A DNA stretch of 64,000 nucleotides, taken from assembly GCA_046598045.1 (NCBI GenBank), contig JBKJJJ010000113.1:800-64799 (forward strand), in the 5' to 3' direction. The DNA comes from Candidatus Eiseniibacteriota bacterium (lineage in GTDB: Bacteria; Eisenbacteria; RBG-16-71-46; DASYSL01). Under the pieces are notes generated by a model. That model searched no databases. It was given only the letters and a program-made list of their open reading frames with translations, and had not been told where the DNA came from. The translations under genes and the position numbers were made by a program. Numbering within the stretch: the stretch's first letter is position 1; the number at the start of each line of letters is the position of its first letter. Positions 46,226-55,695 of this stretch are shown one piece after another.

Positions 46226-47653
46226 ATGTCCGCCAACGATCGCCTGCGCGCGCTGCCCTCCGTCGACGCCCTGGTCCATGACGCCCTCGCCCTTGTCCCG
46301 GCGGGGGACCTGGCGCGCTCGCTCGTGGTCGAGGCGGCCCGGGCGGTCCTCGAGGACGAGCGCCGGACGCTCGCTGCCGGCGCCGCCGGCACTGCGGGCT
46401 CGGCGGGCTCGGCGGGCTCGGCGGACGGCCCCGAGCCCGCGTCCCGCGCGGCCCGCGTGCTCGCCCGGGCCCGCGCCCTCGGCGAGCCCGCGCAGCGCCG
46501 GGTGATCAACGCCACGGGCGTGGTCCTGCACACGAACCTCGGCCGGGCGCCGCTGTCGCAAAAGGCGCGCGAGGCGCTGATGGAGGCCGCGCAGGGCTAC
46601 CTGTCCCTCGAATACGACATCGCCGAGGGCCAGAGGAGCCACCGCGCGATCGGGGTCGAGGCCTGGCTCACGCGCCTCACCGGGGCCGAGGCCGCGCTCG
46701 TGGTCAACAACGGCGCGGCCGCGCTGCTGCTCGTGATCTCGGCGCTGGCGCAGGGGCGGAAGGTCGTGGTCTCGCGCGGGGAGCTGGTCGAGATCGGCGG
46801 CTCGTTCCGGCTGCCCGAGATCCTGCGCAAGGCGGGCGCCGTCCTGGTCGAGGTCGGCACCACGAACCGCACCCGGATCGACGACTACCGGCGCGCGCTT
46901 ACGCCCGACGTCGCGCTCCTCCTGCGGGTCCATCCGAGCAACTTCCGGGTGACCGGGTTCAGCGAGCGGCCGACCCGCGTCGAGCTCGCCGCGCTCGCCA
47001 GGGAGGCGAAGATCCCGTTCGTCGAGGACGTGGGATCCGGCGCGCTGGTCGACACCGCCCGGTTCGGTCTCGAGCACGAGCCGACCGTGCTCGAAAGTTT
47101 GACCGAGGGCGCGGATCTCGTTACATTCAGCGGCGACAAGTTGCTGGGGGGACCTCAAGCCGGGCTCGTCGTGGGCCGGCGCGAGTGGATCGAGGCGCTC
47201 AAGCGCGATCCGCTGGCGCGGGCCCTGCGGATCGACAAGCTCACAGTCGCGGCCCTGGAGGCGACCCTGGCGGCGTACGTCGAACCCGAGCGCGCGATGA
47301 GCGAGTTGCCCACGCTCGCGCTGCTCGCGGTCGAGAGTCATGCGCTCGAGGCCCAGGCCCATCGCCTCAGGGACGCACTGTCGAGCGTGGACGGGCTCGA
47401 GGTGACGGTGGTTCCCGGGACGAGCGAAGTTGGCGGCGGCGCCCTTCCGGGCGCGTCGCTGCCCACGTTCGCGGTGGCGCTGACTTCTCCGGGCCGTTCC
47501 GCAGCCGCACTGGAACGGCGATTGAGACTCGGAAGACCACCGATCATCGCACGCATTCGGGACGAGCGCGTTCTGTTCGACGTACGCACGCTCACAGGCG
47601 AAGACCCCGCCGACATCGCCCGCATCGTGGGCGACGCCCTGGCCGGGGATTAG
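46226..47653 (+). CDS. selA: L-seryl-tRNA(Sec) selenium transferase
   Basis: LRALPSVDALV, VINATGVVLHTNLGRAPL, VNNGAAALLL, GELVEIGGSFRLPEI and FSGDKLLGGPQAG (PLP lysine). Confidence 0.9.
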   Translation: MSANDRLRALPSVDALVHDALALVPAGDLARSLVVEAARAVLEDERRTLAAGAAGTAGSAGSAGSADGPEPASRAARVLARARALGEPAQRRVINATGVVLHTNLGRAPLSQKAREALMEAAQGYLSLEYDIAEGQRSHRAIGVEAWLTRLTGAEAALVVNNGAAALLLVISALAQGRKVVVSRGELVEIGGSFRLPEILRKAGAVLVEVGTTNRTRIDDYRRALTPDVALLLRVHPSNFRVTGFSERPTRVELAALAREAKIPFVEDVGSGALVDTARFGLEHEPTVLESLTEGADLVTFSGDKLLGGPQAGLVVGRREWIEALKRDPLARALRIDKLTVAALEATLAAYVEPERAMSELPTLALLAVESHALEAQAHRLRDALSSVDGLEVTVVPGTSEVGGGALPGASLPTFAVALTSPGRSAAALERRLRLGRPPIIARIRDERVLFDVRTLTGEDPADIARIVGDALAGD

Positions 47654-47679
47654 GGGCGCCACACGGAAGGAGCCGGACC

Positions 47680-50600
47680 TTGTTCCTGACCAAACTGGAA
47701 TTGCACGGGTTCAAGTCGTTCGTCGATTCCACCGACGTCACGTTCGGCAACGGCATCACGGCAGTCGTCGGTCCCAATGGCTGCGGCAAGACCAACATCT
47801 CCGACGCGATCCGCTGGGTGATGGGGGAGCAGAGCGCCAAGCAACTCCGCGGCGACGCCATGGACGACGTGATCTTCAACGGCTCCGCGCGCCGCAAGCC
47901 GGTCGGCATGGCCGAGGTCACGCTCACCATGCTGAACGACAAGGGCATTCTCCCGACCGAGTACACGTCGGTGGAGATCGGCCGCCGCGTGTACCGCTCC
48001 GGCGTGTCCGAGTACCTGCTCAACAAGCAGGTCGTGCGGCTCAAGGACATCAAGGACCTGTTCTTCGACACCGGCATGGGCAGCCACGCCTACTCGGTGA
48101 TCGAGCGCTCGATGGTCGACAACCTGCTCTCCGACAACACCGGCCACCGCCGCTTCCTGTTCGAGGAGGCGTCGGGAATCACGAAGTACAAGCAGCGCAA
48201 GAAAGAGGCGCTCAACAAGCTCGAGGCCACGCAGGTGGACCTCGTGCGCGTGACCGACCTGCTGGTCGAGATCGAGAAGGAGATCGGCTCGCTCGCCCGC
48301 CAGGTCGCGCGTGCGCGGCGCTACGAGCGCCTGCGCGGCGAGATCCAGGACGCGGACCTGCGGCTCTCGGCGCTCAAGCACGAGGGCCTGATCGCGCGCG
48401 AGAAGGAGCTGGCCGAGGACCACCAGGCCGAGTCCATCCGCCGCGAGGCCGCGCAGACCGAGCTCGACATGCGCGACGCCGCGCTGCAGACCATCAAGAT
48501 CGAGCAGATCGAGGAAGAACGCACGCTCGCCGCCGCCCAGCAGGCGCTCGCCGAGCGCGAGGCCGCACGCGCGTCCGCCCAGCACGAAGCGCTGGTGCTG
48601 ACCGAGCGCGGCTCCGGGCTCGAGCGCCGCATCAAAGAGCTCGATGCCGAGCTCACGGCCGCGGGGCAGCGCCTCACCGACCTCGCCGCGCGCGAGACCG
48701 ACCTGCGCGGGCAGGTCGCCCAACTCGAGACCGACGAGGCCGCGCGCCGCGAGGAGCTGGCCGCGCACGAGACCGAGGTCACCGGCCTCGAGGGCGTGCT
48801 CAAGGAACTGCGCGCCGAGGCGGTGGGCGTCAAGCAGCTCGCGCTGGATCTATTTCAAGCCGAGTCGAAGGAGCGCGCCGAGGTCGAGCGCGCGCGCGAG
48901 CGCCTGTCGAACCTCGCCGAGCGTCGTGAGGCCGCCGAGGCCGCGCTCCAGCTGCTCGCCGAGCGGCTCGAGCGCACGGCCGCCGAGGCGGGCGAGGCGC
49001 AGGCCGAGGCCGAACGCCACGAGACCGCGCTCACCGCCGCGCGCGCGCATGCCGAGGCGCTCGAGGCGCGCGGCATCGAGCTCGAGACCCTGGGCGCGCA
49101 GCGCGCCGAGGCCGAGTCCGCATTGCGCGCCGAGTTCGCGGGCGTGAGCTCGCGCCTCGCCACGCTCGAGGAGCTGAAGCGCGCCTACGAGGGCGTCGAC
49201 GAGGCGGTCAAGAAGGCGCTCGCCGAGCGCAAGGGGCAGGGCGCGATCGGCCTCGTCGCCGACGTGCTCGACGTGCCCGCCGACTGGCTCGATGCCGCGT
49301 CCGCCGCACTCGGGCCCGCGCTGTCGGCGGTCGTGTTCCAGGAGGGCAACGCGCTCGACGAGGCCGCTGAGGCGCTGGTCGGCCGCGGCAAGGGCCGCGT
49401 CGCGTTCCTCGCGCTCGATCGCGCCGGCGAGGCCTCCGAGACGTGGCGCCGCGCCGCCGGGCAGCGCTTCGCCGAGGCCGCGAGCTGGGGCGGCGCGACC
49501 GCACTCGCCGATGTCGTGCGCGCGAAGGACGGCGCCGACGCGCTCGTGCCGGCGCTCCTCCTCGGCGTGTTCGCGCTCGACGACGAGAACGAGGCCCGCC
49601 GCGCGTCCATGCTCTATCCTGAGTTCACGTGGGTCTCGCGCCGCGGCACCGTGTTCGCGCGCGGGATCGTCACCGCCGGCCGCGCCCAGGACGCCGACCG
49701 CGGCCTCTTGCGCCGCGAGCACGAGATCCAGGCGCTCACCGGCGAGCGCGCGCTGATCGAGGGCCGCCTCGCCGAGGCGGTGAGCAAGCGCGCGGCCTGG
49801 GCGAGCGAGCGCGAGGCCTGGCAGGGCGAGACGCGCGACCATGGCGTGGAGCTCGCGCAACTGCGCGACGCGCACCACGCGACGCGGGCGCGTATCGACG
49901 GGCTCGAGCGCGAGCGCGGGCAGGCCGAGACCGGCCGCCAGGCGCGGCTCGACGAGACGGTCGCTGTGGCGCACGACGAGGCACAGGTCACCGACCTGCT
50001 CGCCGGGCTCGAGGCCGCGCTGAACGAGATCACTGGCAAGTCGAGCGCCCAGAGCGGCGAGGCACAGTCGATCGAGCAGCGGCTGGCTGCGCTCGAGACC
50101 GAGCGCGAGACGCTCGCCACCCGGGCGCAGACCGCGCGCAGCGCGTGGCACGACGCCACGTCGCGCCTGTCCGGCCTGCGCGAGGAGTTGGCGCGCTGCG
50201 AGGTCTCCGCGCGCGAGCTGGCGCAGGGCCGCGCGGTGCGCGAGGGCGAGCGTGTCGCCGCCGTCGAGCGCCAGGTCGAGACCGAGGGCGGCAAGAAGAC
50301 CGCCGAGGCCTCGCTCGAGGGGCTCGTCCAGTCCGAGGCTGAGGCCCGCGCCGCCGCCGACGATGCGCGCAAGCGCACGCTCGGCAAGCGCGAGATCGTG
50401 CAGGCCGAGGAGGAGTCGCTGCGCGGCCTGCGCCACGAGGCGAACGCGCTGGCCGAGCTCGTGCACACGCTCGAGGTCCAGCGCCTGAACGCGCGCAGCG
50501 AGCTCGACCGCACGCTCGAGCGCCTGCTGGTCGAGTACGAGGTCGACTTGACGACCTATGTGCCCGAGCCGTGGGACGAGGAGAAGCACGGCGTGTGGGA

Positions 50601-51408
50601 CGCCGAGCGCGTCGAGGCGCGGCTGGATGAGGCGCGCACGAAGTTCCGCGGGCTCGGCCCGGTCAATCTGCTCGCGCTCGAGGAATACACGCGCAAGAAG
50701 GAGCGCCACGACTTCCTCACCACGCAGGTCGCCGACCTCCAGTCCGCGCGCGGGCAGCTGCTCGAGGCGATCGAGAAGATCAACTCGACCGCGAGCCAGC
50801 TCTTCCTCGACACCTTCACCGAGGTCCAGACCCACTTCACGGACACGTTCTCGACGCTGTTCGTGGGCGGCTCGGCCGAGCTGCGCATGGTGGGCGACGA
50901 CCCGCTCGAGTGCGAGATCGACATCCTGGCGCGTCCGCGCGGCAAGAGCCTGCAGTCGATCTCGCTGCTTTCGAGCGGCGAGCGCGCGCTGACGGCGATC
51001 GCGCTGCTGTTCGCGATTTACTTGATCAAGCCGTCGCCGTTCTGCCTGCTGGACGAAGTGGACGCTCCCCTGGACGAGGCGAACGTCGACCGCTTTGTCA
51101 CGCTGCTGCGGCGCTTCAGCGAGAAGACGCAGTTCATCATGATCACCCACAACAAGAAGACCATGGAGGCCGCCGCCTCGCTCTACGGCGTGACCATGCA
51201 GGAGCCCGGCGTCTCGAAGCTGGTCTCGGTGCGCTTCGACACGCCGGAGACCAGGCAGCAGCTCGGGGAGGGCACGGAGGCTGCGGCCGAACCGACGAGC
51301 GAGTCCGCTGCCGACTCGGTCGCGCCGGCTTCGGCCGGCGACGTCCCTGTGCCATCGCCGGTGGACGCGGAGCTCGCCAGTTCGAGTTCGGGCAGGACCG
51401 CGGACTAG
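47680..51408 (+). CDS. smc: Chromosome partition protein Smc
   Basis: LFLTKLELHGFKSF...AVVGPNGCGKTNISDAIRWVMGEQS. Long coiled coils and a hinge (GAIGLVADVL). C-terminal LSSGERALTAIALLFA and FCLLDEVDAPLD. TTG start at 47680 follows GGAAGGA. Confidence 0.95.
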   Translation: MFLTKLELHGFKSFVDSTDVTFGNGITAVVGPNGCGKTNISDAIRWVMGEQSAKQLRGDAMDDVIFNGSARRKPVGMAEVTLTMLNDKGILPTEYTSVEIGRRVYRSGVSEYLLNKQVVRLKDIKDLFFDTGMGSHAYSVIERSMVDNLLSDNTGHRRFLFEEASGITKYKQRKKEALNKLEATQVDLVRVTDLLVEIEKEIGSLARQVARARRYERLRGEIQDADLRLSALKHEGLIAREKELAEDHQAESIRREAAQTELDMRDAALQTIKIEQIEEERTLAAAQQALAEREAARASAQHEALVLTERGSGLERRIKELDAELTAAGQRLTDLAARETDLRGQVAQLETDEAARREELAAHETEVTGLEGVLKELRAEAVGVKQLALDLFQAESKERAEVERARERLSNLAERREAAEAALQLLAERLERTAAEAGEAQAEAERHETALTAARAHAEALEARGIELETLGAQRAEAESALRAEFAGVSSRLATLEELKRAYEGVDEAVKKALAERKGQGAIGLVADVLDVPADWLDAASAALGPALSAVVFQEGNALDEAAEALVGRGKGRVAFLALDRAGEASETWRRAAGQRFAEAASWGGATALADVVRAKDGADALVPALLLGVFALDDENEARRASMLYPEFTWVSRRGTVFARGIVTAGRAQDADRGLLRREHEIQALTGERALIEGRLAEAVSKRAAWASEREAWQGETRDHGVELAQLRDAHHATRARIDGLERERGQAETGRQARLDETVAVAHDEAQVTDLLAGLEAALNEITGKSSAQSGEAQSIEQRLAALETERETLATRAQTARSAWHDATSRLSGLREELARCEVSARELAQGRAVREGERVAAVERQVETEGGKKTAEASLEGLVQSEAEARAAADDARKRTLGKREIVQAEEESLRGLRHEANALAELVHTLEVQRLNARSELDRTLERLLVEYEVDLTTYVPEPWDEEKHGVWDAERVEARLDEARTKFRGLGPVNLLALEEYTRKKERHDFLTTQVADLQSARGQLLEAIEKINSTASQLFLDTFTEVQTHFTDTFSTLFVGGSAELRMVGDDPLECEIDILARPRGKSLQSISLLSSGERALTAIALLFAIYLIKPSPFCLLDEVDAPLDEANVDRFVTLLRRFSEKTQFIMITHNKKTMEAAASLYGVTMQEPGVSKLVSVRFDTPETRQQLGEGTEAAAEPTSESAADSVAPASAGDVPVPSPVDAELASSSSGRTAD

Positions 51409-51842
51409 TCCCAGTCCGCGTTCAGGCAATTCTCCGTGAGGCTTTCGACATACTTCTTGATGAACTGCGCGGTGGCGGCAAAGCGATCGGGGTAGAACAG
51501 CATTTCGTGATCCGGCTTGCCCGTCACGTAGCCGATCGCCCAGCGCGACTCTGACTGGCCCGGTTCATGGAGATACCAGGTCGGGCTGGATCGCTGATCG
51601 TTGGAATAGAACAGCCAAGAGTCAAGGTACTCCGGGTTGGCCCGCAGCCACGCTTCGAACAGCGCCGCGTCCAGATCCTCGAGATCCTCCAGGTAACCGG
51701 ATTCCCGGAGCAAGCCGACCATCGACACGTTGCCGCGCCGAACATGTTCGATCGGCATGCGGCAGAGGTTGCCGAGCATGGCCTCTGTCATGGCTTCGAA
51801 CTCCCTCCACGTGGTCTGGCGCTGCGCTCCCTGATCTGACAT
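51405..51842 (-). CDS. Hypothetical protein (145 aa), orphan, lower GC
   Basis: Clean ORF with non-shadow composition (W, Y, F, N and E rich). Its stop shares the CTAG tetranucleotide with the smc stop. Confidence 0.5.
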   Translation of the reverse strand: MSDQGAQRQTTWREFEAMTEAMLGNLCRMPIEHVRRGNVSMVGLLRESGYLEDLEDLDAALFEAWLRANPEYLDSWLFYSNDQRSSPTWYLHEPGQSESRWAIGYVTGKPDHEMLFYPDRFAATAQFIKKYVESLTENCLNADWD

Positions 51843-51933
51843 CCTGCGGATTCGTCGCGCCCGTATCTTCGGGCTCGCGATTGCGAGGGTAGTCTTGCAC
51901 CGACCGGCGCTCTGCGCGAGTCAGGAATGTCCG

Positions 51934-52860
51934 ATGGGTTTGTGGGATCGCCTCACCTCCGGCCTCAAGCGCACGCAGGACGCCGTCACCGGGCGCATCG
52001 CCGAGGCGTTCCAGTCCGTCGTGGGCGAGCAGCTCGATGACGAGACCGAGCGCCGCCTGGACGACGCGCTGCTCGCCGCCGATCTCGGCCCGCAGGTCAC
52101 CGACCAGCTGATCACCGCACTGCGCAAGCGCCGCGGCCTCAAGGACGCGGACGCGTGGCGCGCCGCGCTCGCCGAGGAGCTCGAGACCGTGCTCATGACC
52201 GCGCGGCCGTTCGCGCTCGCGCCGCCTCAGGGCGTCAAGCCGTGGGTCGTGTTGCTGGTGGGCGTCAACGGCGTGGGCAAGACCACGATGATCGGCAAGC
52301 TCGCCGCGCGCGAGAAGGCGCTCGGGCGCAGCGTGCTCGTGGTCGCGGCCGACACGTTCCGCGCCGCGGCCGCGGACCAGCTCGCGGTATGGGCCGACCG
52401 CGCGGGCGCGGACCTGGTGCGCACGCGCGAGGGCGGGGACCCGGCGGCGGTCGCGTTCGACGGCGTCGCGGCGGCGGTCGCGCGCGGGATCGACACCGTG
52501 ATCGTCGACACCGCTGGAAGGCTCCACACCCGCACCAATCTCATGGAGGAGCTGGCGAAGATCCGCCGCGTGATCGGCCGCGCGCTGCCTGGCGCGCCGC
52601 ACACCACGCTGCTCGCGCTCGACGCCACGCTCGGCCAGAACACGCTCGCGCAGGCGCGGCAGTTCCAGGCCGAGATCGGCGTCGACGCGGTCGTGCTCAA
52701 CAAGCTCGACGGCACCGCCAGGGGCGGCGCCGTCGTCGCGCTGGTCGTCGAGTTGGGGATGCCGATCGCGCTCGTGGGCGTGGGGGAGTCGATCGACGAC
52801 TGGTCGGAGTTCGACGCGGCCGCGTTCGGCCGCGCACTCGTCCTCGCCGGAGACGACTAG
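51934..52860 (+). CDS. ftsY: Signal recognition particle receptor FtsY (short form)
   Basis: MGLWDRLTSGLKRT, LLVGVNGVGKTTMIGKLA, VVAADTFRAAAADQL, VIVDTAGRLH and LNKLDGTARGG. Confidence 0.95.
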   Translation: MGLWDRLTSGLKRTQDAVTGRIAEAFQSVVGEQLDDETERRLDDALLAADLGPQVTDQLITALRKRRGLKDADAWRAALAEELETVLMTARPFALAPPQGVKPWVVLLVGVNGVGKTTMIGKLAAREKALGRSVLVVAADTFRAAAADQLAVWADRAGADLVRTREGGDPAAVAFDGVAAAVARGIDTVIVDTAGRLHTRTNLMEELAKIRRVIGRALPGAPHTTLLALDATLGQNTLAQARQFQAEIGVDAVVLNKLDGTARGGAVVALVVELGMPIALVGVGESIDDWSEFDAAAFGRALVLAGDD

Positions 52861-52867
52861 CGCCTCG

Positions 52868-53725
52868 CTACTGGTTCGAAGGAACCGGGCCCTTCGGATG
52901 GAGCTGCTTCTTGCGCCAGCCCGCGAGCAGCTCGCTCTTCGCGCCCGAGCCCCATCTCACGACCGTCACCGTTCGCGTCTCCGAGGAGATCGGCGTCTCG
53001 GGCGCCGAGGTCGAGACCTCGCCCAGCTTGTAGGCCTGGCGCAGCCAGTCCTCGGTCTCGACTTCCTTCACCAGGCTCGTGATCGGCACCTTGCGCGACA
53101 TCCACTGCTTGCGGCGGAGGTCCGTGATCTTGTTGATCGTCGAGTCCGGCATGTCGCGCGGGTTGCGCAGCTTGCGGTGGAGCGTGACGATCTGGCACTC
53201 GATCGGGCCGCGCGGCGTCTGCACGGTCTCGAAGCCGAGCGTGTCGACCTCACCGCGCAGCGAGGAGAGATCGGGCAGACCCCGGTTCGCGCCGGCGCGC
53301 TTGATCTCGATCATCTCGGGCAGGCCCTCTTCGTCGGTCTCCATCATCATCATGCGCGAGTAGACCGAGAAGCGCACGTCCGACTGCGGATCCTTGAACG
53401 CATCGTTGCTGACGAGCGTCAGGTCCGATGCGTAGTTCGCCGAGTCGGGTCCGAACCAGGTCTCGACCCACGTGCAGGACTCGCCGCGGAACACTTCCTC
53501 GCCGGCGATGTGCACCTCCTGGTAGCTGACCGCCTCGTTGCCGTTGCTGTTCGAGACCTCGATCTTGTAGCGGACCCAGTCGCCGACCTTGAAGTTCTTC
53601 TTGCGATAGTCGATCAGGCCGATGCCACTGACCCGGAGCGCGAGCGCCGGCGTGGCGACGCACACGGCCAGGGCGAAGGCGAGCAGGAGCAGGCCGGCGC
53701 GGGGCGCGGACGAGCGAACGAGCAT
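52868..53725 (-). CDS. Hypothetical secreted protein (285 aa), lower GC
   Basis: Signal peptide (AGLLLLAFALAVCVATPALA). Balanced, Lys/Glu/Ser-rich composition unlike the neighbouring genes. No family recognised. Confidence 0.55.
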   Translation of the reverse strand: MLVRSSAPRAGLLLLAFALAVCVATPALALRVSGIGLIDYRKKNFKVGDWVRYKIEVSNSNGNEAVSYQEVHIAGEEVFRGESCTWVETWFGPDSANYASDLTLVSNDAFKDPQSDVRFSVYSRMMMMETDEEGLPEMIEIKRAGANRGLPDLSSLRGEVDTLGFETVQTPRGPIECQIVTLHRKLRNPRDMPDSTINKITDLRRKQWMSRKVPITSLVKEVETEDWLRQAYKLGEVSTSAPETPISSETRTVTVVRWGSGAKSELLAGWRKKQLHPKGPVPSNQ

Positions 53726-53822
53726 GCGAGCGGGATTCTCCTTTCGGCGTTTCTGAATCGGCGGGTTGCGAGGCGGCGAAAGCATACCATACAATCCCGT
53801 CCGAGGTCCGCGCCCCCGAGGT

Positions 53823-54536
53823 ATGAACCCGCCCCCCGCGCAGGCACCGGTGCGGCCGAACCTGACGAATTCTTCACGCCTCCCGCAACCCGACCCGACC
53901 CCCGATCGACTCGACGATGCCGGCCTCGTCGCCGCGCTGCTCCTGCGCCGGCCCGCCGCGCGCGCCCGCACGCGGCTGACGCGGCTGGTCTCGGCGCGCC
54001 GCCTCGAGGCGTGGGCGCGCCTGCCGATCGTCGACTGCGTCGCCGACGCCCGCCGCCAGCTCGCCGCCCCAGGCGAGGATCCCGCGCCGGGCGACGACGC
54101 CGATGCCCGGCGCTTCGCGGCGCTGCTCGAATTCGCGCGCCGCGCGCTCGGGCCAGCCCCCGGGCTCGAGCTGTCGCGGCCCGAGGACGTCGTCCCTCTG
54201 CTCCACGACTGGCGGACCGCGCGGCGCGAGCACTTCGTCGGCTTTTACCTCAACGCGCGCAATCAATTGCTCATGCGCGAGCTGATCTCGGTCGGCAGCC
54301 TGTCGGCCTCGATCGTCCACCCGCGCGAGGTGTTTTCTCCGGCGATCGCGCGCGGGGCGGCGGGCGTGATCGTGGCCCACAACCACCCGAGCGGCGACCC
54401 CGAGCCCAGCCCCGAGGACATCGCGGTCACGCGTCGCCTGGCCGACGCGGGCACGCTGCTCGGGATCGAGTTGCTCGACCACGTGGTGGTGGCCGAGCGC
54501 GGTTTCGTGTCGCTCAAGGCCCGGGGGCACCTGTGA
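53823..54536 (+). CDS. radC: RadC-family JAB/MPN-domain protein with a degenerate N-terminal region
   Basis: LNARNQLL...ELISVGSLSASIVHPREVF..A......GVIVAHNHPSGDPEPSPEDI.VT.RL...G.LLGIELLDHVVV (JAMM-like HNHPSG motif). The start is uncertain. Confidence 0.8.
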   Translation: MNPPPAQAPVRPNLTNSSRLPQPDPTPDRLDDAGLVAALLLRRPAARARTRLTRLVSARRLEAWARLPIVDCVADARRQLAAPGEDPAPGDDADARRFAALLEFARRALGPAPGLELSRPEDVVPLLHDWRTARREHFVGFYLNARNQLLMRELISVGSLSASIVHPREVFSPAIARGAAGVIVAHNHPSGDPEPSPEDIAVTRRLADAGTLLGIELLDHVVVAERGFVSLKARGHL

Positions 54537-54605
54537 GTTGACTTCGCGGGGGCGGCCCCCGACAATCGCCCGGCGACCGCCGCGAACTTCCGCGAGGAGC
54601 CGACG

Positions 54606-54998
54606 ATGCCATGCCATCACTGCAGCACCCCGGTCGGAGACAGCCCGTACGTGCTCGTGCTCTCGGGGTTCGACGAGGACTGGCAGCTCCCGATCTGCCG
54701 CTCCTGCCAGGCCATGCGGCAGAGCGGGCAGCTGCCGGTCGACCTGCTCGTCCAGCAGTGGGCGTTCGCGCGCTCCGCGGATCGGGCGGGAAAGACCGGC
54801 GAAATGGAGATGGTCGTGATCCAGCTCGATTGCCTGGGCTGCGGCCGCCCGTTCCGCCCGGCGGCCGGCGATCCGACCGGGTCGATCACCGCCCAGCGCC
54901 TTCCCGACCGCTCGATGTCGACGGTGTGCCCCGAGTGCGAGCGCACGAACGTGCTCGAGCGCCGCGGTGGCCAGTTGGTCGCGGTCTCGCTCTGGTAG
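54606..54998 (+). CDS. Hypothetical protein with four CxxC pairs (two predicted zinc ribbons)
   Basis: CHHC...CRSC and CLGC...CPEC, read from the translation. No family recognised. Confidence 0.5.
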   Translation: MPCHHCSTPVGDSPYVLVLSGFDEDWQLPICRSCQAMRQSGQLPVDLLVQQWAFARSADRAGKTGEMEMVVIQLDCLGCGRPFRPAAGDPTGSITAQRLPDRSMSTVCPECERTNVLERRGGQLVAVSLW

Positions 54999-55005
54999 CG
55001 CCCGC

Positions 55006-55695
55006 CTAATTCCGCTCGCTGTCCCCGGCCTGAAGCCCCGGCAGGCCACGCTCCTTCAAGACGACGTCGAGCTTCTCCGCCAGCCAGCGCTGCGCCATCG
55101 GCGCGCGCGCTGCGGGCCCCGGCGACTCCAGCGCCCGCAGCTTGTCCACGACCGGCACGTCGAGGTTCTGGCACAGCGTGTGGACCGCGGCCTCGAACGA
55201 CACCTCGTCGACGGCGACCGTGATCAGCGCGTCCGAGTGGCGCGCGAGTTGCAGCAGGTAGGCATAGCTGACGAGCAGCCGGCGCTTGAACTCGGCGAGC
55301 TCGGGGTCGGCCTCGTCGACCGCCGCCTCGGGCTCGACGCGCGCGTGGGCGCGGCGGTAGGGACGGTTGGTGAACTCCTCCTCGAGGCGGGCGCGCTCGA
55401 GCCCATAGAGCGTGATGTTCGATCGCCCGTCGGGCAACACGGCGACCGGGCCGAGCCGGCCGATCGTCGCCAGCGGGTGGAACGCGGGCGCGCCCTCGTA
55501 GTCCTTCTCCCAGCCGGGCAGCAGCGTCGCGACCGCGATCAGCCCCTCGCCCTGCGCCGCGTCCTCGACCAGCGCGCGGTAGCGCGGCTCGAACACGTGG
55601 AGCGGCAGCGCCACCCCCGGAAAGAACACGGTCGCCGGCAGCGGGAACACCGGCACCACGCCCGAGAACGAGCTCTCCGCCAGGCGGTCCCTCAC
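55006..55695 (-). CDS. LON N-terminal (substrate-binding) domain protein
   Basis: VPVFPLPATVFFPGVALPLHVFEPRYRALV is the canonical start of the Lon N-domain. 229 aa. The GTG start overlaps the queG stop (GTGA). Confidence 0.75.
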   Translation of the reverse strand: MRDRLAESSFSGVVPVFPLPATVFFPGVALPLHVFEPRYRALVEDAAQGEGLIAVATLLPGWEKDYEGAPAFHPLATIGRLGPVAVLPDGRSNITLYGLERARLEEEFTNRPYRRAHARVEPEAAVDEADPELAEFKRRLLVSYAYLLQLARHSDALITVAVDEVSFEAAVHTLCQNLDVPVVDKLRALESPGPAARAPMAQRWLAEKLDVVLKERGLPGLQAGDSERN

